A stretch of DNA of 64,000 nt from a virus: positions 128,485-192,484 of the IMG/VR virus record IMGVR_UViG_3300049571_000380. One strand, written 5' to 3'. Positions 26,648-36,228 of this stretch are shown in pieces. The translations under genes were made by a program, and so were the position numbers. The notes below the pieces were generated by a model that saw nothing but the letters and a program-made list of their open reading frames with translations, had not been told where the DNA came from and searched no databases. Each line of letters begins with the position of its first letter. Position 1 is the first letter of the stretch.

Positions 26648-27619
26648 ATGAAGATCGGCGTAACGGGATCTCAGGGCTTCATCGGCAGTTGGGCACGTCG
26701 AGAGCTTCTGCGACGCGGTCACGAGGTGGTCGTCTTCGACCGCTACCCGCGCACCCCGATGGCCGAAGGGGAGTCCTTCTTCCTCGGCGACATCGAGAAC
26801 GCGAACTCGGTCACGGAACTGGCCGCTCACGTGGACGGGATCATTCACCTGGCGGCCGTGCTCGGCACCCAGGAGACGATCCAGAATCCCCGCCCGTCGG
26901 CCGCGACGAACATCCTGGGCGGTCTCAACGTCTTCGAGGCGGCCGTGCAGTACCACCTTCCGGTGGTCTACGCAGGTGTCGGCAACGCCTGGATGCGCGA
27001 CCACGCGACCGGCAGCTACACGATCTCGAAGACCTGCGTCGAGGACTACGGCCGCATGTACAACGCCTACCGAGGCGGCCTCGTCTCGGTGGTCCGGCCG
27101 GTCAACGCGTACGGCCCGGGGCAGTCCGTCGCGGCGCCGTACGGGCCGTCGAAGGTGCGGAAGGTGCTTCCGGCGTTCGCCTGTCGCGCACTCACCGGTA
27201 CGAGCATCGAGGTGTACGGCGACGGCACGCAGGTGTCTGATTGTGTCTACGTCGAAGACGTAGCCAAGACGTTCGCAACGGCACTCGAATGGACGGCGAC
27301 TCACGGGCCGATCGAGAAGCCGGTCGGCTGCGGCCCGAAGGTCTCAGCTACGATCAATGAGATTGCTGAGATGGTGGCTTCGGAAGCGGCTCGCGCCACT
27401 GGCAAGAACCCTGTAGGCGTGACCCACCTGCCCATGCGGCCGGGCGAAGTTCCGAACGCTGTCGTCCGAGCCGACACCGAGAGCCTGGGGCTGATCGGCA
27501 TGGACGCAGATGACTTTCTCCCCCTGGATCAGGGGATCCGTAAGACTGTGGAGTGGTTCGCGGCCGAATGGCTGCCCTTCTGGGAAGTAGCGAATGGAAA
27601 AAAGATGCCCGGCATGTGA
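26648..27619 (+). CDS. NAD-dependent nucleotide-sugar epimerase/dehydratase
   Basis: VTGSQGFIG Rossmann motif, YTISK (YxxxK), RPVNAYGP, DCVYVEDVA. Confidence 0.9.
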   Translation: MKIGVTGSQGFIGSWARRELLRRGHEVVVFDRYPRTPMAEGESFFLGDIENANSVTELAAHVDGIIHLAAVLGTQETIQNPRPSAATNILGGLNVFEAAVQYHLPVVYAGVGNAWMRDHATGSYTISKTCVEDYGRMYNAYRGGLVSVVRPVNAYGPGQSVAAPYGPSKVRKVLPAFACRALTGTSIEVYGDGTQVSDCVYVEDVAKTFATALEWTATHGPIEKPVGCGPKVSATINEIAEMVASEAARATGKNPVGVTHLPMRPGEVPNAVVRADTESLGLIGMDADDFLPLDQGIRKTVEWFAAEWLPFWEVANGKKMPGM

Positions 27620-28061
27620 AAAGGGCAAGCCTCTGGGTGATTTTTACGTCACAAAGAGGGGCACTTCGGAGGAGAAGATTTCGACATACTGCAAACAGTG
27701 CACAAGGGAAAGACAGAAAAGCTACGGGGAACGCAGCTCGGAAGAGATAAGTAGGCGACGAACCGCCCGACGAAACACTCCAGAAGGTCTTCGGAAGGAG
27801 CGGGATCGAGGGTGGATGCGTCGCTACGGCATGACCTACGAACAGGTGGTTGACCTGCTGGAGCACCAGGGAGGATGTTGTGCATCCTGTGGCGACGAGG
27901 TGGAGATCGGCAAGAGTATGCACGTTGATCACTGTCACTCGTCGAACCAGGTTCGCGGCATCCTCTGCTCCGCCTGTAATCTGATGATCGGCCACGCAAA
28001 AGACGACCCAGAACGGCTTCGTCTGGCCGCGAAGTATCTGGAAAATTCTCAGAAACCCTGA
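27594..28061 (+). CDS. Endonuclease VII-family (His-Me) endonuclease, probably a free-standing homing type
   Basis: N-terminal CxxC..CxxC; CASCG, HVDHCH, VRGILCSACNLMIG; visibly AT-richer than its neighbours. Confidence 0.85.
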   Translation: MEKRCPACEKGKPLGDFYVTKRGTSEEKISTYCKQCTRERQKSYGERSSEEISRRRTARRNTPEGLRKERDRGWMRRYGMTYEQVVDLLEHQGGCCASCGDEVEIGKSMHVDHCHSSNQVRGILCSACNLMIGHAKDDPERLRLAAKYLENSQKP

Positions 28062-28075
28062 GAAGGGATGTCGTC

Positions 28076-28924
28076 GTGGACTATGTGATCGTTCCCCTGT
28101 GGCGCCGGGCCGGATTCGCTGCGGCATGCCTGCGACGGCTGGCCCGAGCCATGGACGGAGGGGTGCGCGTCATGCTCTCCGTGGATTGCGGCCACGACGA
28201 GGAGACGCTGGCCGTGGCCAAGGAGTTCGAGTACGCGCACCCGGGCCGGGCGGTTCTGAAGGTGCGCGAGATCGACTACCCGAGCGGCAGCTACAACGTC
28301 TTCACCGCGATGGGCGAGGCGCTGGACTGGGTGGGCCCCGACGATCTGGTGCACGTCCTGGAAGAGGACATCCTGATCGGCACGGGGTACTTCAGCTTCC
28401 ACCGGGACACCCACAAGCTGGCGCCGGGCGCCTACTCGGTGAGCGCCTGCGAGAACATCTTCCTCGCCGACGACGTGCGGGTGCCGAACCGGCCGGATGC
28501 CGTCTACCTCTCGGGCGCCTTCCAGGTGTGGGGATCCAGCTACCGGCCGGAGAGGATCGGAAAGATCCTCAAGAGGCTCCGGCCGAACTACTTCCCCGAG
28601 ATGGGCGCCGCCGTGACGGCCGAGTTCGGCGAGGAGAACATGCTGCGCACGGGCCCGTTGTACGACGGTGTGATGGCCAACGACATGGCTCAGCAGGGTC
28701 TGCACGTCGCCTTCCCGTTCACGCCCCGGGCCTACCATGCGGGCTTCGAGGGCCTGAGCTACGGCGACATGGCACTCACGGGCCCGGCCGAGGAGCAGGC
28801 CGACGCCATCCTTGAAATGTCGGGCGAAGAACTCAAGGCACGTTGCACTCTGCCCGGCGCCCGGTTCCGGCCGGTCGACCTGGACCGGAACCCGGGGCCG
28901 GTGAAGCGGGTCACCGCGTTCTGA
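28076..28924 (+). CDS. GT-A-fold glycosyltransferase-like protein
   Basis: YVIVPLWRR, LSVDCG, and VHVLEEDILI (DxD-like); operonic with the epimerase. Confidence 0.7.
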   Translation: MDYVIVPLWRRAGFAAACLRRLARAMDGGVRVMLSVDCGHDEETLAVAKEFEYAHPGRAVLKVREIDYPSGSYNVFTAMGEALDWVGPDDLVHVLEEDILIGTGYFSFHRDTHKLAPGAYSVSACENIFLADDVRVPNRPDAVYLSGAFQVWGSSYRPERIGKILKRLRPNYFPEMGAAVTAEFGEENMLRTGPLYDGVMANDMAQQGLHVAFPFTPRAYHAGFEGLSYGDMALTGPAEEQADAILEMSGEELKARCTLPGARFRPVDLDRNPGPVKRVTAF

Positions 28925-29662
28925 TCAGCCCCAGTACACGCAGAGCACGGGACGGAGCTGGAGCCACACGTCGGGCCCGTTGAACAGGTTCAGCCAGGAG
29001 ATGACATACCGGATGTCGGGCGGCACAACGGGGGCGACGTGCTTCTGGGCGTGCCCGGCGTTGTCGAACCCCATCGACTTGGCCAGGTGGTCGGCCGCCT
29101 TCAGGCGGTCCTCACGCTTGTCGTCATCCTTCTCGGCCGCCTTCAGCAGCCGGTCGAAGAGCCGTTTGGCCGTGGAGTCCAGCTTCCGGCCGTCGCGGCT
29201 GTCCATGTACAGACCCTCGAAGGGGTAGATGCCGTACGGCATGGACACCACGCGGGGTTCGATGCCCGGGTGCAGCATCGCCTCCTCCTGCTGGTCGAGG
29301 TGGTCGCCGTACCGGCTCCAACCGCTGTAGCCGACCGGCTGGATAAGCAGCAGGTCGCGGAGCCCGGCATCCGAGCGGCAGGTAACCGGCCAGTCGAGCA
29401 CGCCGTCCTTCTCGCGGGCCGCCTTCACCATTTCGATCGACATCGTCACGTCGAACCAGGCGTCGGACTGCTCCATGTCGTCGTCGCCGCGCCTCTCCGC
29501 GTCGCGCAGCGCCTCCAGGTACTCCAGGTACAGCGGAGCGAAGTCCTCCACGTAACGGCTGGCGCCGTCGAGGCTGACGCGCGGATCGGTCAACCGTCCG
29601 TGCTCGTCGCGCTCCAGGCCGGTCAGCGCCCAGCCGAGCTTCTTGTGCAGGCGGATGCCCAC
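28925..29662 (-). CDS. Hypothetical protein
   Basis: AAGGAGAAGACC-GTG; 245 aa. Confidence 0.75.
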   Translation of the reverse strand: MGIRLHKKLGWALTGLERDEHGRLTDPRVSLDGASRYVEDFAPLYLEYLEALRDAERRGDDDMEQSDAWFDVTMSIEMVKAAREKDGVLDWPVTCRSDAGLRDLLLIQPVGYSGWSRYGDHLDQQEEAMLHPGIEPRVVSMPYGIYPFEGLYMDSRDGRKLDSTAKRLFDRLLKAAEKDDDKREDRLKAADHLAKSMGFDNAGHAQKHVAPVVPPDIRYVISWLNLFNGPDVWLQLRPVLCVYWG

Positions 29663-29717
29663 GGTCTTCTCCTTCACGAGATCGAGCCGCCCGGCTCGGG
29701 CCGGGCGGCTGTGCCGG

Positions 29718-30467
29718 TCAGTAGACCGGCGGTTCCTGCGGGTTGCCCATGTCGATGGCCCGCTCGGGCCCACAGGCGTTGTACAGGGCTGCCACGGCCG
29801 GGCCAGCCTCGTCGGCCTCTCCGAGGTAGGCGGCGCCCTGGGGGCGCATCTTCCGGCGCCGGGCCGCGTACAGCTCGGCGGTGAAGGACTCCCCGCCGAC
29901 GGCCTTCAGGTCGGCGTACGCCTGCTCCAGCTCGGGCAGCGTCTCGCGGGTGATCTCCTCGACGTCGCTGCCGCCCCACATGAAGACGTCCGAGACGTTG
30001 GCGTACAGCGTCAGCTTGCCGTCGTCGACCCGCCAGAACAGGTCGCCGTAGCTGTCGGCGTGCGACAGGGAGAAGATCTCCATGACGCGCGTGGCGAACG
30101 GGGTCTGGAGGGGCGGCCGGTCCGGGTTGTTGCGGTGCACGATCGCGTGCGCCGCCTGCCGGGCGATGGCCCACATCTCGCCGCCGGAGAGGCGGAACGG
30201 CTCACCGCGCCGGGCGGCGGCCGACGAGTTCGGCCCGAGGTGGACGGTGATGCCCTTCAGGGCGGGCTCGATCAGGTCGGTGAGCTGGTCGACGGTGTAC
30301 GAGTCGTACCCGATCGAGGGGTAGCCGTCGGTGTCGGTGAACACCTTCGACATGTTCACGGTGGGCTCCGGCTTGATGCCGAACTCGCAGCCGCCCCACA
30401 CCCGGGAGTGCTTGCCCTTGATGCGGCATTCCCGGTGGCATCCGGTGAAGTCGGTGTCGTCCGTCAC
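29718..30467 (-). CDS. Hypothetical protein
   Basis: GTGA coupling. Confidence 0.75.
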   Translation of the reverse strand: MTDDTDFTGCHRECRIKGKHSRVWGGCEFGIKPEPTVNMSKVFTDTDGYPSIGYDSYTVDQLTDLIEPALKGITVHLGPNSSAAARRGEPFRLSGGEMWAIARQAAHAIVHRNNPDRPPLQTPFATRVMEIFSLSHADSYGDLFWRVDDGKLTLYANVSDVFMWGGSDVEEITRETLPELEQAYADLKAVGGESFTAELYAARRRKMRPQGAAYLGEADEAGPAVAALYNACGPERAIDMGNPQEPPVY

Positions 30468-30721
30468 AGCTTGTCCTCCTGCGATCCACGGGGCGCCGGG
30501 CGCGGGTTCTCGGCGGTGGGAACGAAGCGTTCGTCGGGGTCCAGTTCGGCATGGTACGAGACGCCCAGGAGGGCGCCCGTGTGCGAGCGGTACTCGACGT
30601 CCTTGCCGGGGCAGCCGGAGCAGATCCGCCGGAAGCCTGTGCCGTTCTCCATGTCGCCGACGGCGTAGACGGTCTCTCCGTCCGGGGTTTCCCGGATCCT
30701 GCTGATGCGCTCCAGGGCCAT
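30464..30721 (-). CDS. Small hypothetical protein with CxxC
   Basis: TGATG coupling. Confidence 0.65.
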   Translation of the reverse strand: MALERISRIRETPDGETVYAVGDMENGTGFRRICSGCPGKDVEYRSHTGALLGVSYHAELDPDERFVPTAENPRPAPRGSQEDKL

Positions 30722-30990
30722 CAGACCAGCACCGCCATGTCGGGGCGGTCGGCGTGGCAGCGGACCAGGCTGCGCCGGACCAGCTCGTCGAGGGCGGCCG
30801 TCGGGATCGTCATGGCGACGACCTTCTGCGAAGCGCAGGCGAGAGCCGTGAGGTGGATCAGCGAACGCAGGGCGAGGTCGCTGATCTTCCAGTACGAGGC
30901 GGCCATCACCAGGCGGTCGACCGTGGCCGTGGTGCCCTCCTCCGGGTCACTGAACTCGGCCTTGACGATCGCCGTCACGGGAACGCTCAT
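30721..30990 (-). CDS. Hypothetical protein
   Basis: AAGGAGAAG RBS. Confidence 0.65.
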   Translation of the reverse strand: MSVPVTAIVKAEFSDPEEGTTATVDRLVMAASYWKISDLALRSLIHLTALACASQKVVAMTIPTAALDELVRRSLVRCHADRPDMAVLV

Positions 30991-31102
30991 GTCTTTCTTC
31001 TCCTTCCGGATGGCCGCTCTCCGTTGTCGGCCACTGGTGAAATCCTCGCAGAAACCCGACGGCCGCAGTGTCCAGGATTGGTCACTGCGGCCGTAACGAG
31101 CG

Positions 31103-31297
31103 TCACACCGAAACGGCGACGGCGGGGTTGTTGAACGTGCGGCCGTTGTCCTCGTAGGTCACCCAGGGCTGGTTGTAGGAGTGCCCCAGGTTCGACCGGC
31201 AGCCGTACTTCGCGCTCGGCCGCATCGGCTTGACCCGCAGCTTGATCCGGCAGCCGCAGGACAGGATGGTCAGCACCGGCTCGTTGATGCGGCTCAC
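31103..31297 (-). CDS. Small hypothetical protein
   Basis: GTGA coupling. Confidence 0.6.
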   Translation of the reverse strand: MSRINEPVLTILSCGCRIKLRVKPMRPSAKYGCRSNLGHSYNQPWVTYEDNGRTFNNPAVAVSV

Positions 31298-31749
31298 CGG
31301 ACCACCTCCAGCTTCAGCACCGGCATGGCCGGGAGCTGGACCACTGACCCCGATGCCACGGCCCTGGCGATCTGGTCGTACACCGGGCGGCCCGGCAGGG
31401 CCAGCCAGACGCAGCCGTTGTCACGGGCCGCCCGGCGCCATCCCGGTGACGTCGTGCTCCACGCGGCCTCGAAGTGCATGCCCATGAAGCTGCCGCCGGT
31501 TCCCTCCACGGTCAGCATCACGCCGCCGGAGCGGACCTCGCAGTCGCCGACGTCGTCGGCGCCCCATGGAACACCCTTCTCCAGGTCCACCCGGGGCGCT
31601 TCGTGGATCTCGAAGACCCGCCCCAGGGCGTCCTCGATGTCTGTGTCATCGGAGGCCATCAGGACGATCGCCGCGCTGCGGCCGTCGTCGTACACCCGCA
31701 GCGCGTTCATCGCGTGCGTGTCATTCGTACTCTGCACGTTCATCCTCAC
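31294..31749 (-). CDS. Hypothetical protein
   Basis: ORF in an operon. Confidence 0.7.
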   Translation of the reverse strand: MRMNVQSTNDTHAMNALRVYDDGRSAAIVLMASDDTDIEDALGRVFEIHEAPRVDLEKGVPWGADDVGDCEVRSGGVMLTVEGTGGSFMGMHFEAAWSTTSPGWRRAARDNGCVWLALPGRPVYDQIARAVASGSVVQLPAMPVLKLEVVR

Positions 31750-31830
31750 GTCGGACTTCTCTCTTTCCGGAAGGGGCCGCCCGCCAGGCGGCCCCCAGTC
31801 ACTTCTCGTCGCTGGCCGGGCGGTCGAACA

Positions 31831-32445
31831 TCACGCGTCTGCGCCTTCCGTCAGCTCCGGCATCTCGAACCGGGCGAACACGCCGCCCGCCCCCTTGTGG
31901 CGCCGCAGAGCGGCGGCTACCTGCCAGCCCCGCTCGGTCAGGCCGAACTTCGCCCACGGCATCAGCAGCCACTCGACGTGACCGGTGAGCAGGTCACGCG
32001 GACTCGGGTCGCTGAGCGCGTGGCCGTCGGGACGCAGGTAGGACTGACCGGTCTGGCTGACCTTCGGCATGTCCACCGTCACCAGGCCCGCGTCGACCAG
32101 ATCCATCAGGGCATCGACCTCGCAGTGGTCGGCGAGGATCACTCCGTGGTCGCCGTGGGCCGGAGGCTTCAGCCGCAGCCCGTACTCGGCGCCGTCCTTG
32201 AACGGCCCGAAGCTGATCTGCGCCACCTTGCGGGCCGCGTACAGCATCGGCCAGTGCTTCCGGGAGACCTGGACCTTGTCCCAGTCCAGAAGCCCGTGCC
32301 AGTTGACCACGCGCTCGTCCACGTACCCGAGCAGCGACCAGTGGCTCTTGCCCCAGCGCTCCGGCTCGATGCGCTCGCGCTCGGGCCGGTCCTGCCACTG
32401 GGGTCCTTCCTTCGCGACGTCCTCCAGATCTCTGGCGAACCTCAT
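31831..32445 (-). CDS. Hypothetical protein
   Basis: AAAGGAGAGG RBS. Confidence 0.75.
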   Translation of the reverse strand: MRFARDLEDVAKEGPQWQDRPERERIEPERWGKSHWSLLGYVDERVVNWHGLLDWDKVQVSRKHWPMLYAARKVAQISFGPFKDGAEYGLRLKPPAHGDHGVILADHCEVDALMDLVDAGLVTVDMPKVSQTGQSYLRPDGHALSDPSPRDLLTGHVEWLLMPWAKFGLTERGWQVAAALRRHKGAGGVFARFEMPELTEGADA

Positions 32446-32490
32446 GACCCTCTCCTTTCCGGCCGCGCTGTGGGGGAGCGGCCCGGTCCT

Positions 32491-33027
32491 TCAGGTGAGC
32501 TGCGCGTCGACAGCTCGGGCGAGATCCACCAGGTGCCCGAAGATCGAGCACGTGTGGTCTTCGCACGTCTTGCGATTGTGATCCGAGATCAGCTCGGCGT
32601 AGTTCTTGTCCATCGCCGCGACCTCGGCGAGAGCGCCGACGATGGCACGCACCGCGTCGGGCCCCAGCAGGGAGGCCATGTCGCCGGTCGCCCCGCCCAT
32701 TCCATTGACCATGCCGTCGCGGTAGGCCGTCGCGGACGGGTAGCAGGCGTAGTAACGGTCCGTCCGGAGATCGTCCTCGACCCTGTCCACGTGCTCGGCC
32801 AGGGCCTCGGAGGCGCGCTTCGCCGCGAGGCCGTTACCGTCCGCGTTGTCCGCGAACTCCGGCTTGTGCCGGTCCCACTCGTGCATCGTGATCTCGGTGT
32901 GCATCTCCTCGACCGAGAACGAGCCGCCCTTGAAGGCGTGCACCACCTCGCGGTGCTCGCCGTTGCGGCAGTCGTTGCAGACGATGACGCTGCCCGCGAT
33001 CACCTCGTAACGACTGAGGTCAGCCAT
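32491..33027 (-). CDS. Hypothetical protein with CxxC
   Basis: GAGGAG RBS. Confidence 0.75.
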   Translation of the reverse strand: MADLSRYEVIAGSVIVCNDCRNGEHREVVHAFKGGSFSVEEMHTEITMHEWDRHKPEFADNADGNGLAAKRASEALAEHVDRVEDDLRTDRYYACYPSATAYRDGMVNGMGGATGDMASLLGPDAVRAIVGALAEVAAMDKNYAELISDHNRKTCEDHTCSIFGHLVDLARAVDAQLT

Positions 33028-33397
33028 CCTTGCTCCTCTCGGGAAGTGCCACCGTGACCTGATGGAAGGAGTATCCGGGGCCTTCTCCGCCGGGCTTCAC
33101 CTCGCGGGCCACGTACTCCTTCACGATGAGCCGGATGCCGTCCAGGTCGATCTCGTCGTCGATGACGAACGCGACCGCCGGGTCCTCGTCGGGCACGTAG
33201 TGCGCGAGGATCGGCATCCGGTACTCGGTGTCGTCCGGGTACTTGATCGAGTACAGGTACTCGACGACATCACGGGCCGTCTCGGGAACGGCCTCGCCAC
33301 GGAACCCGAACAGCGGGTACAGCTCCTCGGGGAGCTGGGCCGTGATCCAGCCGACGTTCGGCATCGGGAACCGGCCGGTACCAGCGGCTTCACTCAT
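33020..33397 (-). CDS. Hypothetical protein
   Basis: GAGGAG RBS before ATG 33397. Confidence 0.65.
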   Translation of the reverse strand: MSEAAGTGRFPMPNVGWITAQLPEELYPLFGFRGEAVPETARDVVEYLYSIKYPDDTEYRMPILAHYVPDEDPAVAFVIDDEIDLDGIRLIVKEYVAREVKPGGEGPGYSFHQVTVALPERSKDG

Positions 33398-33713
33398 CGG
33401 ACTCCTCCGGTGGGACCCAGCCCGTGTGGGCCGAGCAGTTGTGCTTGCATCCCTCACAACCACAGCGGCAGATGTTCGGGTCGGTCTCATAGCCAGGGCA
33501 CCGGCCTTCGGCGATCTGCGCGGCGGCCTCGGCCCAGTAGCACAGGTCGTGCCAGTCACCCCGGATCACGGCGCGACCGATGGCGGCCTGGTGGGGGCCG
33601 GGCACGCCCTGCGCGTCCAGGCGTGCCGCCTCCTTCTGGATCTCGTCGTATACGTGGCAGCAGACCAGCTCGGCGCGGATCCGGTAGGCGACCTCGTCCT
33701 GCCTGTGCTTCAC
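33390..33713 (-). CDS. Cys/His-rich hypothetical protein
   Basis: GTGA coupling; CRCGCEGCKHNCSAH. Confidence 0.65.
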   Translation of the reverse strand: MKHRQDEVAYRIRAELVCCHVYDEIQKEAARLDAQGVPGPHQAAIGRAVIRGDWHDLCYWAEAAAQIAEGRCPGYETDPNICRCGCEGCKHNCSAHTGWVPPEESDE

Positions 33714-34228
33714 CGCTTCGCCTTCTTTCCGCTGTACCACGGAAGCGCCAGGCCGTCGTTCTCCTGTCGCGGAACCAGGTGAAGGTGCAGATGGAAGACG
33801 CTCCGCGTGGCTTCCTTGCCCTTCGAGGTGATCACATTCATCGGCCGGTCGGTCCACCGCATCAGCTCGGCCGCGCGCCGGGCCGTGTCGGCGAACGTCT
33901 CGGGGTCGGCCGCGAAGTCCTTGACGTGCCGCTTCGGAACGATGAGGCAGTGCCCCTCCGTCACCGGGTTGAGCGGGACGAAGGCGACCGCATCGTGCCA
34001 GGTGTCGGGCTCCAGAATCCACTCGACCGGCTCGCGCTTCGCGATGATCTCGCAGAACACGCAGGGCGCCGGAAGGATCTGATCCTCGCAGCCACGGCAG
34101 AACACGATCGGCGGCAGCTCGTTGGCGTAGACCGGCTGCTGCCGCAGGGTCACGCCGCGAGCGCACTCCGGGTGGACGTAGGAACCGAGGACGATGTACG
34201 CCACCGGCTCGGGCTTCTCGTACATCAC
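33710..34228 (-). CDS. HIT-family nucleotide hydrolase with an N-terminal extension
   Basis: CVFCEII, GHCLIVPKRH, VFHLHLHLVPR. Confidence 0.9.
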   Translation of the reverse strand: MMYEKPEPVAYIVLGSYVHPECARGVTLRQQPVYANELPPIVFCRGCEDQILPAPCVFCEIIAKREPVEWILEPDTWHDAVAFVPLNPVTEGHCLIVPKRHVKDFAADPETFADTARRAAELMRWTDRPMNVITSKGKEATRSVFHLHLHLVPRQENDGLALPWYSGKKAKR

Positions 34229-34593
34229 CTCACCACCCTCAGCACTCGGCGCCCTTCGCGGCCGGGGTCGTCCCCCTCGGTGACCTGGAAGGAGCAGTTC
34301 TCCAGGGCGAGGCGGTACAGCCGGAGCTTGTCGGCCTCACGCTTGGGCGAGCCCTGGTACCGGACCAGGGCCTCGTCGTGGGTCACGGCCTCCGTGGAGA
34401 AGATGTCCTCGCGGAACGAGTTGGAGACCACCAGGCTTCCAGCCTTGCGGCCGGTCTCCTGACGGGTGCGCCAGGCAATGTCGCGCTCGGTGGTGCCGAA
34501 GGCGATCTCCCTGGTCACGCTGTCGTCGGTGTTGTGCCCGGCGCTCACCAGAATCCCCTTGGCGCGCTGCGCCATGCTGAACTGGAAGGCCAT
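34225..34593 (-). CDS. Hypothetical protein
   Basis: Coupled ORF. Confidence 0.7.
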   Translation of the reverse strand: MAFQFSMAQRAKGILVSAGHNTDDSVTREIAFGTTERDIAWRTRQETGRKAGSLVVSNSFREDIFSTEAVTHDEALVRYQGSPKREADKLRLYRLALENCSFQVTEGDDPGREGRRVLRVVR

Positions 34594-34596
34594 GAT

Positions 34597-34953
34597 CTAC
34601 ACCTCCGCCACGTCGAACGGCAGCTCGGGCGAACCGGTCGGCCGGGCGCCGTCGATGAGCTTCTTCAGCCAGCCGCTCTCGGTACGGGACGGGGCCGTCA
34701 GGATCTGCCCCTTCCACTGGCGCTGGGACCGCGTTCCGTCCGCCTTCAGGATCCACCCCTCGGCGTAGACGGCGGGCGAGGTACGCCCGGCGACCTGCCA
34801 GGTGCCGGAGACCAGAACGTAGTGGATCTCCGCCTTCGTGAGCAGGATCTTCTTACCGCGCACCGAACTGTCGGGGTGCGGGATCTCCGGGCCGTCGATG
34901 AGGTTCACGTACCGGCGCACGATCGACTCGCTGCGGGCGTGCACGAACTTCAT
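34597..34953 (-). CDS. Hypothetical protein
   Basis: ORF in an operon. Confidence 0.7.
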   Translation of the reverse strand: MKFVHARSESIVRRYVNLIDGPEIPHPDSSVRGKKILLTKAEIHYVLVSGTWQVAGRTSPAVYAEGWILKADGTRSQRQWKGQILTAPSRTESGWLKKLIDGARPTGSPELPFDVAEV

Positions 34954-35012
34954 CGCGTCACCGCCGAGTCCTGCTGCCCGTCACTCAGCTTGTCCACTTT
35001 TTCTCCCTTCCG

Positions 35013-35041
35013 TGAACACAAGTCTACCACAACGATGTTGA
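35013..35041. promoter_or_regulatory. Operator-like motif over a minus-strand promoter
   Basis: TGAACA-N17-TGTTGA enclosing minus-strand TGTGG-TAGACT. Confidence 0.6.
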
Positions 35042-35088
35042 TGGCCTACGGCCCGAGCTTCACTCTGGCATATGCCAGAGTTGACCGA

Positions 35089-35457
35089 TCATGGGGACTC
35101 CGTGATCGCCGGTTTCTTCGGGCCGTAGACGGCCCGGTACCCGGCGTATTCGGCCTCGGTGATCCGGCCGTTCTCGTGCGCCCACTCCATCATCTCGGCG
35201 AGCGCCTGCGTCGAGTCCTTCATCCAACCGTCCCCCTCCTGCGTCGACAGCTCGTACGAAGGAAGACGCCCGGCGAGGTACAGAAGTGAGCCGAGCGTGT
35301 CGACCGCGCCGATGAACGACGCCTCCGCCGACAGGACCATCGCGTCGTGCGCCTTCGGATCCGGGATGTCCGGGTTGGCGCGGGCCCCTTCGACCGCGAC
35401 GCTGTGCTCCCACGCCACCTCGAACGCCTTGTCCAGCGCCTGCTCGAATGTCGCCAT
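35089..35457 (-). CDS. Hypothetical protein
   Basis: GGAGGAG RBS. Confidence 0.75.
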   Translation of the reverse strand: MATFEQALDKAFEVAWEHSVAVEGARANPDIPDPKAHDAMVLSAEASFIGAVDTLGSLLYLAGRLPSYELSTQEGDGWMKDSTQALAEMMEWAHENGRITEAEYAGYRAVYGPKKPAITESP

Positions 35458-35540
35458 GATCTCCTCCAGATTCGTACGCAGAACGCCCCGCCGGGATGGC
35501 GGGGCGCTGCGCTAACTCAGGGACGGTACCGCCAGATCGG

Positions 35541-35993
35541 TCAGCCGAAGTACGGCTGGCCGGTGTGGTACGCGATGACCAGGTTCTCGACCGGCGCGAA
35601 GAGCGGCGTCGGCAGGTTGTCGATCGGGTGCCACGTCCAGCCGAGGCACTTCTCCGGCTCCATCAGCTTCGGGTCGCCGGAGACCCAGTGCGACACCATG
35701 CCGATGTCGGCGTAGTGCTTGCCCTGGTCCGTGTACTCGCGCAGGTTCGTGATGCAGAGGAACCGGGGGCGGGTGACGTTGATCTCGTCGCCGCACTCCT
35801 CCTCCAGCTCGCTCAGGCCGGTCTCCTCGTAGGTCTCGCCGAACTCCTGGTGACCGCCCGGCGTGCCCCACTCGCCCTCACCGTGGGAGCCACGGCGCTG
35901 GCCGAGCAGGACGTGCAGCCTGCCCTCGAACTGCCGCACCACCAGCAGGCTGATGCCCACCTTCGGGCGCGGAGCGCTCTCGTCTCGCTTCAC
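35541..35993 (-). CDS. Nudix (MutT/NUDT15-like) hydrolase
   Basis: GGHQEFGETYEETGLSELEEECG Nudix box (Arg replaced by Ser); PKLMEPEKC. Confidence 0.9.
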   Translation of the reverse strand: MKRDESAPRPKVGISLLVVRQFEGRLHVLLGQRRGSHGEGEWGTPGGHQEFGETYEETGLSELEEECGDEINVTRPRFLCITNLREYTDQGKHYADIGMVSHWVSGDPKLMEPEKCLGWTWHPIDNLPTPLFAPVENLVIAYHTGQPYFG

Positions 35994-36010
35994 GTTCTTC
36001 TTCCCCTCCG

Positions 36011-36220
36011 TCAGGCGAGCCGCATGCCGGGCTCGTCGGGCACCTGGACCATCGCGGTGGCGACCAGGGCGTTCATGACAGCCAGCATCTGGCGGTCCTT
36101 GTTGTCGAGCTTGTCCGGGTTCTTCTCAGCCAGCTCGTTCAGGAAGTCGGCGTGCCCCCTGGCCCTGCCCAGGTAGGCACGGGCAAGGTCGCCACGGTCC
36201 GGTTCGTCGATGCGTCGCAC
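36011..36220 (-). CDS. Hypothetical protein
   Basis: GAGGAGAGCC-GTG. Confidence 0.6.
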   Translation of the reverse strand: MRRIDEPDRGDLARAYLGRARGHADFLNELAEKNPDKLDNKDRQMLAVMNALVATAMVQVPDEPGMRLA

Positions 36221-36228
36221 GGCTCTCC

